From positions 87,888,521 through 87,952,520 of the forward strand of contig NC_068990.1 of the NCBI RefSeq assembly GCF_001194135.2: 64,000 nt of DNA, given 5' to 3'. The notes beneath the pieces were generated by a model. That model ran no database searches. It was not told the origin of the DNA and saw nothing but the letters and a program-made list of their open reading frames with translations. This document shows positions 61,061 to 64,000 of this stretch, piece after piece. The position numbers were made by a program, and so were the translations under genes. The stretch's first letter is position 1; each line of letters starts with the position of its first letter. This DNA comes from Octopus bimaculoides. Taxonomy: Eukaryota.

Positions 61061-63709
61061 GATATCAATAATAATAAATGTTCAATAAACTGATGACATA
61101 ATATCAAATGATATAACATGATATGACATAATATTACATAGCATAATATAAATTGAACACACCATAAAAGCAGATGGACAATCAAACTGTATATATGCTT
61201 GTATGTAATATGGACACATCATCATCATCGTCACACATATGTATATATATAGAGGTGTGTTTGAGTTTACACCCACATGCGCATGCGCACACGCACATAC
61301 ACACATATAAATTCAAATAAGGTTTATTAAATACCAGCAAGATATATCCTTGATTTATTGAAATTATCTCTGCTTCCAGAAAAGATAGAATCAGTTATTT
61401 GGTTGTAGTTGGAACCAACACCAAATGAGAAAGAGAGACAATCTCGAGAATCAAGAATTCACCAACATTAAGAAGCTGTTAAAGAAAAAAACAGTTTGAT
61501 TAACTGGAGACAAGAGGACAGCTGTAGATGTGTGTATTTGCTTTAATAGGCATTATCAGCACAGCAGTTGCCCTAATTAATTTCCAGTAGTATGAGATAA
61601 TTAGACATAAACATAAAGAAAAGAAAATACTACTACTACTACTACTATTCACACACACATACACATTGCCACTACTAAAGTCTTACAACTATTACTATAA
61701 CCCAGCAAGCCATCAGAAGGAGACATACAACCAGTACCGTTTTAATCTTGTAATGAAAATATGAGAACTTCTAAAACTGATATCATGAAACAGTTAATTT
61801 ATTAAAAATTTTTTTTTCCTTTCTCTTACTGCATGACTAAACTAGCTAAGACAACTGAAGCCAGTTGCACATTTTGATAAAACTGTAAATATTTCTTTTT
61901 GTTTATGATAAAATTCTCAAAACATTTTCTTTTTCAATATAAATTTACTTATGTGAAACCTCTTTTATACACACACACAGACACACAGACACACACACAT
62001 ACACATATTTATATATATGAGATGCTCTAATATTCTACCAGGCCATGGCTCTGATTTTGCTATCTCCCAAAAGGATGAAAGGTAAATTTGACAAATCAAT
62101 TAGTTAGTTAATTAATTAATTAGTTAATTAAAAATAAAACTGATGTGAACTGATACCACCGTTTTTTACTAGTAGAATGATGCTCCTAAACTACAAGAGT
62201 ATTTGTTTCACTTGATGATTTCACATTAAAAACTTTGCAAAATTTATACAAAAAAAATTTTAGTTTATATTGGATTTTAATTTGAATTCTTAATTTCAAA
62301 TTTAGATCATTTTACTTTCATCAATTTAAAATTTCAAATGGATAAATAACTAAAAACATTTTTGTTTGATAAAAGAAAAAGGAAAAGAATTTATAATTTA
62401 TTTTAGTTTTGCACCAGTTCGGTTACATTAGTTCTTTAGCTATTGTTCAAACCAGATCAATCCTGATCAGAGATATCACAGCTGTGTCTATTTCATCTAG
62501 TGAATCTAGTTCTACATTATTTAATGTGGCTTTCTATTTTTTAGATAGCAGTGTGTGATCGATTTTGAGGTGGAGAGACTTTTAGCTGCTACAGCATTGA
62601 GTAAGAGCATAAAACATAAAGCAGAGGTGGAAGCCCATATTCTGACAAGGACACTTCTCAAAACATTTTATACTGAAAAAACTATTATAAATGTAATTAT
62701 TCACAAAGACAATAAACAAAATTTAAAGACAGGCAACACTTTGAAATTAGCATCCTCGCCATAACATTAAAAATGTTTTATTTCGTTTATTTATTTATTT
62801 TAATTTCAGATTTGTGTCTTTTATGCACAAATGTAATTACTCTAAACAAATAATTACAAACATAGATAAAGAAATATAAACAGCTATTTCTAAAATTTAT
62901 AATTTGTTGATAAGATAAAGCTTTGAATAAAATTATATCAACAAAAATATTTCTGCATAATGATTTTCTCTGAAACATTGTACTTCTGTCAGAAGGATGT
63001 ACACAGCCCTTCAGAAAGCTACTGATTCTCCATCACTAATAGATAGGTTCTTTCAAATTCACATCTTTATTATTCCAATCATTATTTTGCACCTCTGTGC
63101 AAGACATTTAAATCTGCTAACTCCAAAAACTACAAAAAAAATTAAAGAAAATTATAATCCAATGAAGCAAACTTTGATTTGTGTCAACATAAAACAGTTG
63201 ATAATATTTCTATGTTTATGTTTCTGTGTCTAGATTGTCTTTATTTTCTTTATTTTTTCTCTAGTAATGTTTCTCAACATTTAGTCATTTGTGCATCATA
63301 TTTCAACAGTTCATTACCTTGTATGTACTGTCTGTTGTTGTTTATTTAAAATACTGTCTGGCAATTTATTGAAAACATTTTAATGTAATTTTAATTGTCT
63401 TCAGGTAATATAACAAAACAAGGTGTTAAAATATAATTTCTCTGAGCAATTATTTTCCAGTGAGTATGAAATGAAGATAAATATACATAATCGCTAATAT
63501 TATTTCTCATCATGATAATACAGGGGAGCCAAAAGCTGGACTTCCTTAAGTAATATTTATGCTTTATGGCATCAAATTTTCAGACACATACCAAAATACA
63601 TCCATTTTCTTACATTTGTTAACCAGAAGAAATGTTTAACCCAATATTAACCAAAAGTGTAATGAATGAAAACAAAATGCGATCTGTCACAATGTTGAAG
63701 TTCAGTATT

Positions 63710-63880
63710 GGATTGTCGTTGATGTTACTGTTTTAACTATAGATCAACTCTTATCTATCAGACTTATGGCTAGAGGCACTCCAGTATGGTCTTCTGTCTT
63801 TTGCTTTTATGGAAAGATATGATTTGAGGGGGATTTGGCACCTTTTTCTAGTAAGTTGAGTGACCTTTATAGCAACACTT
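63710..63880 (-). mobile_element. Family E copy
   Basis: GATATGATTTGAGGGGGATTTGGCACCTTTTTCTAGTAAGTTGAGTGACC. Confidence 0.6.
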
Positions 63881-63952
63881 TTGTTCACTTGCATTTGGTA
63901 CATCTAACTTTTATAGCTTCCAATATCTAAAAGTAAGCATACTATTATATAC

Positions 63953-64000
<48 letters not shown>

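Overview
Eukaryotic, AT-rich, microsatellite-dense draft-assembly DNA with 17 N-gaps. The repeat families and the gene point to an octopod cephalopod, probably Octopus (inference). The only host gene seen is coding exon 1 (4..286, +) of a TASK-type two-pore K+ channel (KCNK3/KCNK9-like). It ends in a phase-1 GT donor that splits the first Gly of the GYG filter. I found no exon 2, so the remaining 63.7 kb is most simply intron 1. The intron is filled with mobile-element debris: several tRNA-headed SINE families, RTE-type LINE pieces, RLE-type (R4/Dong/NeSL-like) LINE 3' fragments next to (TAA)n, a dead DD37D (maT) transposon, a mariner 5' fragment, a piggyBac-type MITE and many micro/minisatellites. 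The best leads are: (1) a ~250-bp (CAA)n-tailed repeat family whose 5' end parses as an HDV/CPEB3-like ribozyme and which lies mostly antisense to the gene; (2) a minimal, dimer-type hammerhead in a Penelope-like remnant; (3) a (TAA)n-targeted RLE LINE; (4) a frame-preserving candidate cassette exon that would insert 22 aa into the selectivity filter. All repeat boundaries and family names were set by eye and from recall, not from database searches.
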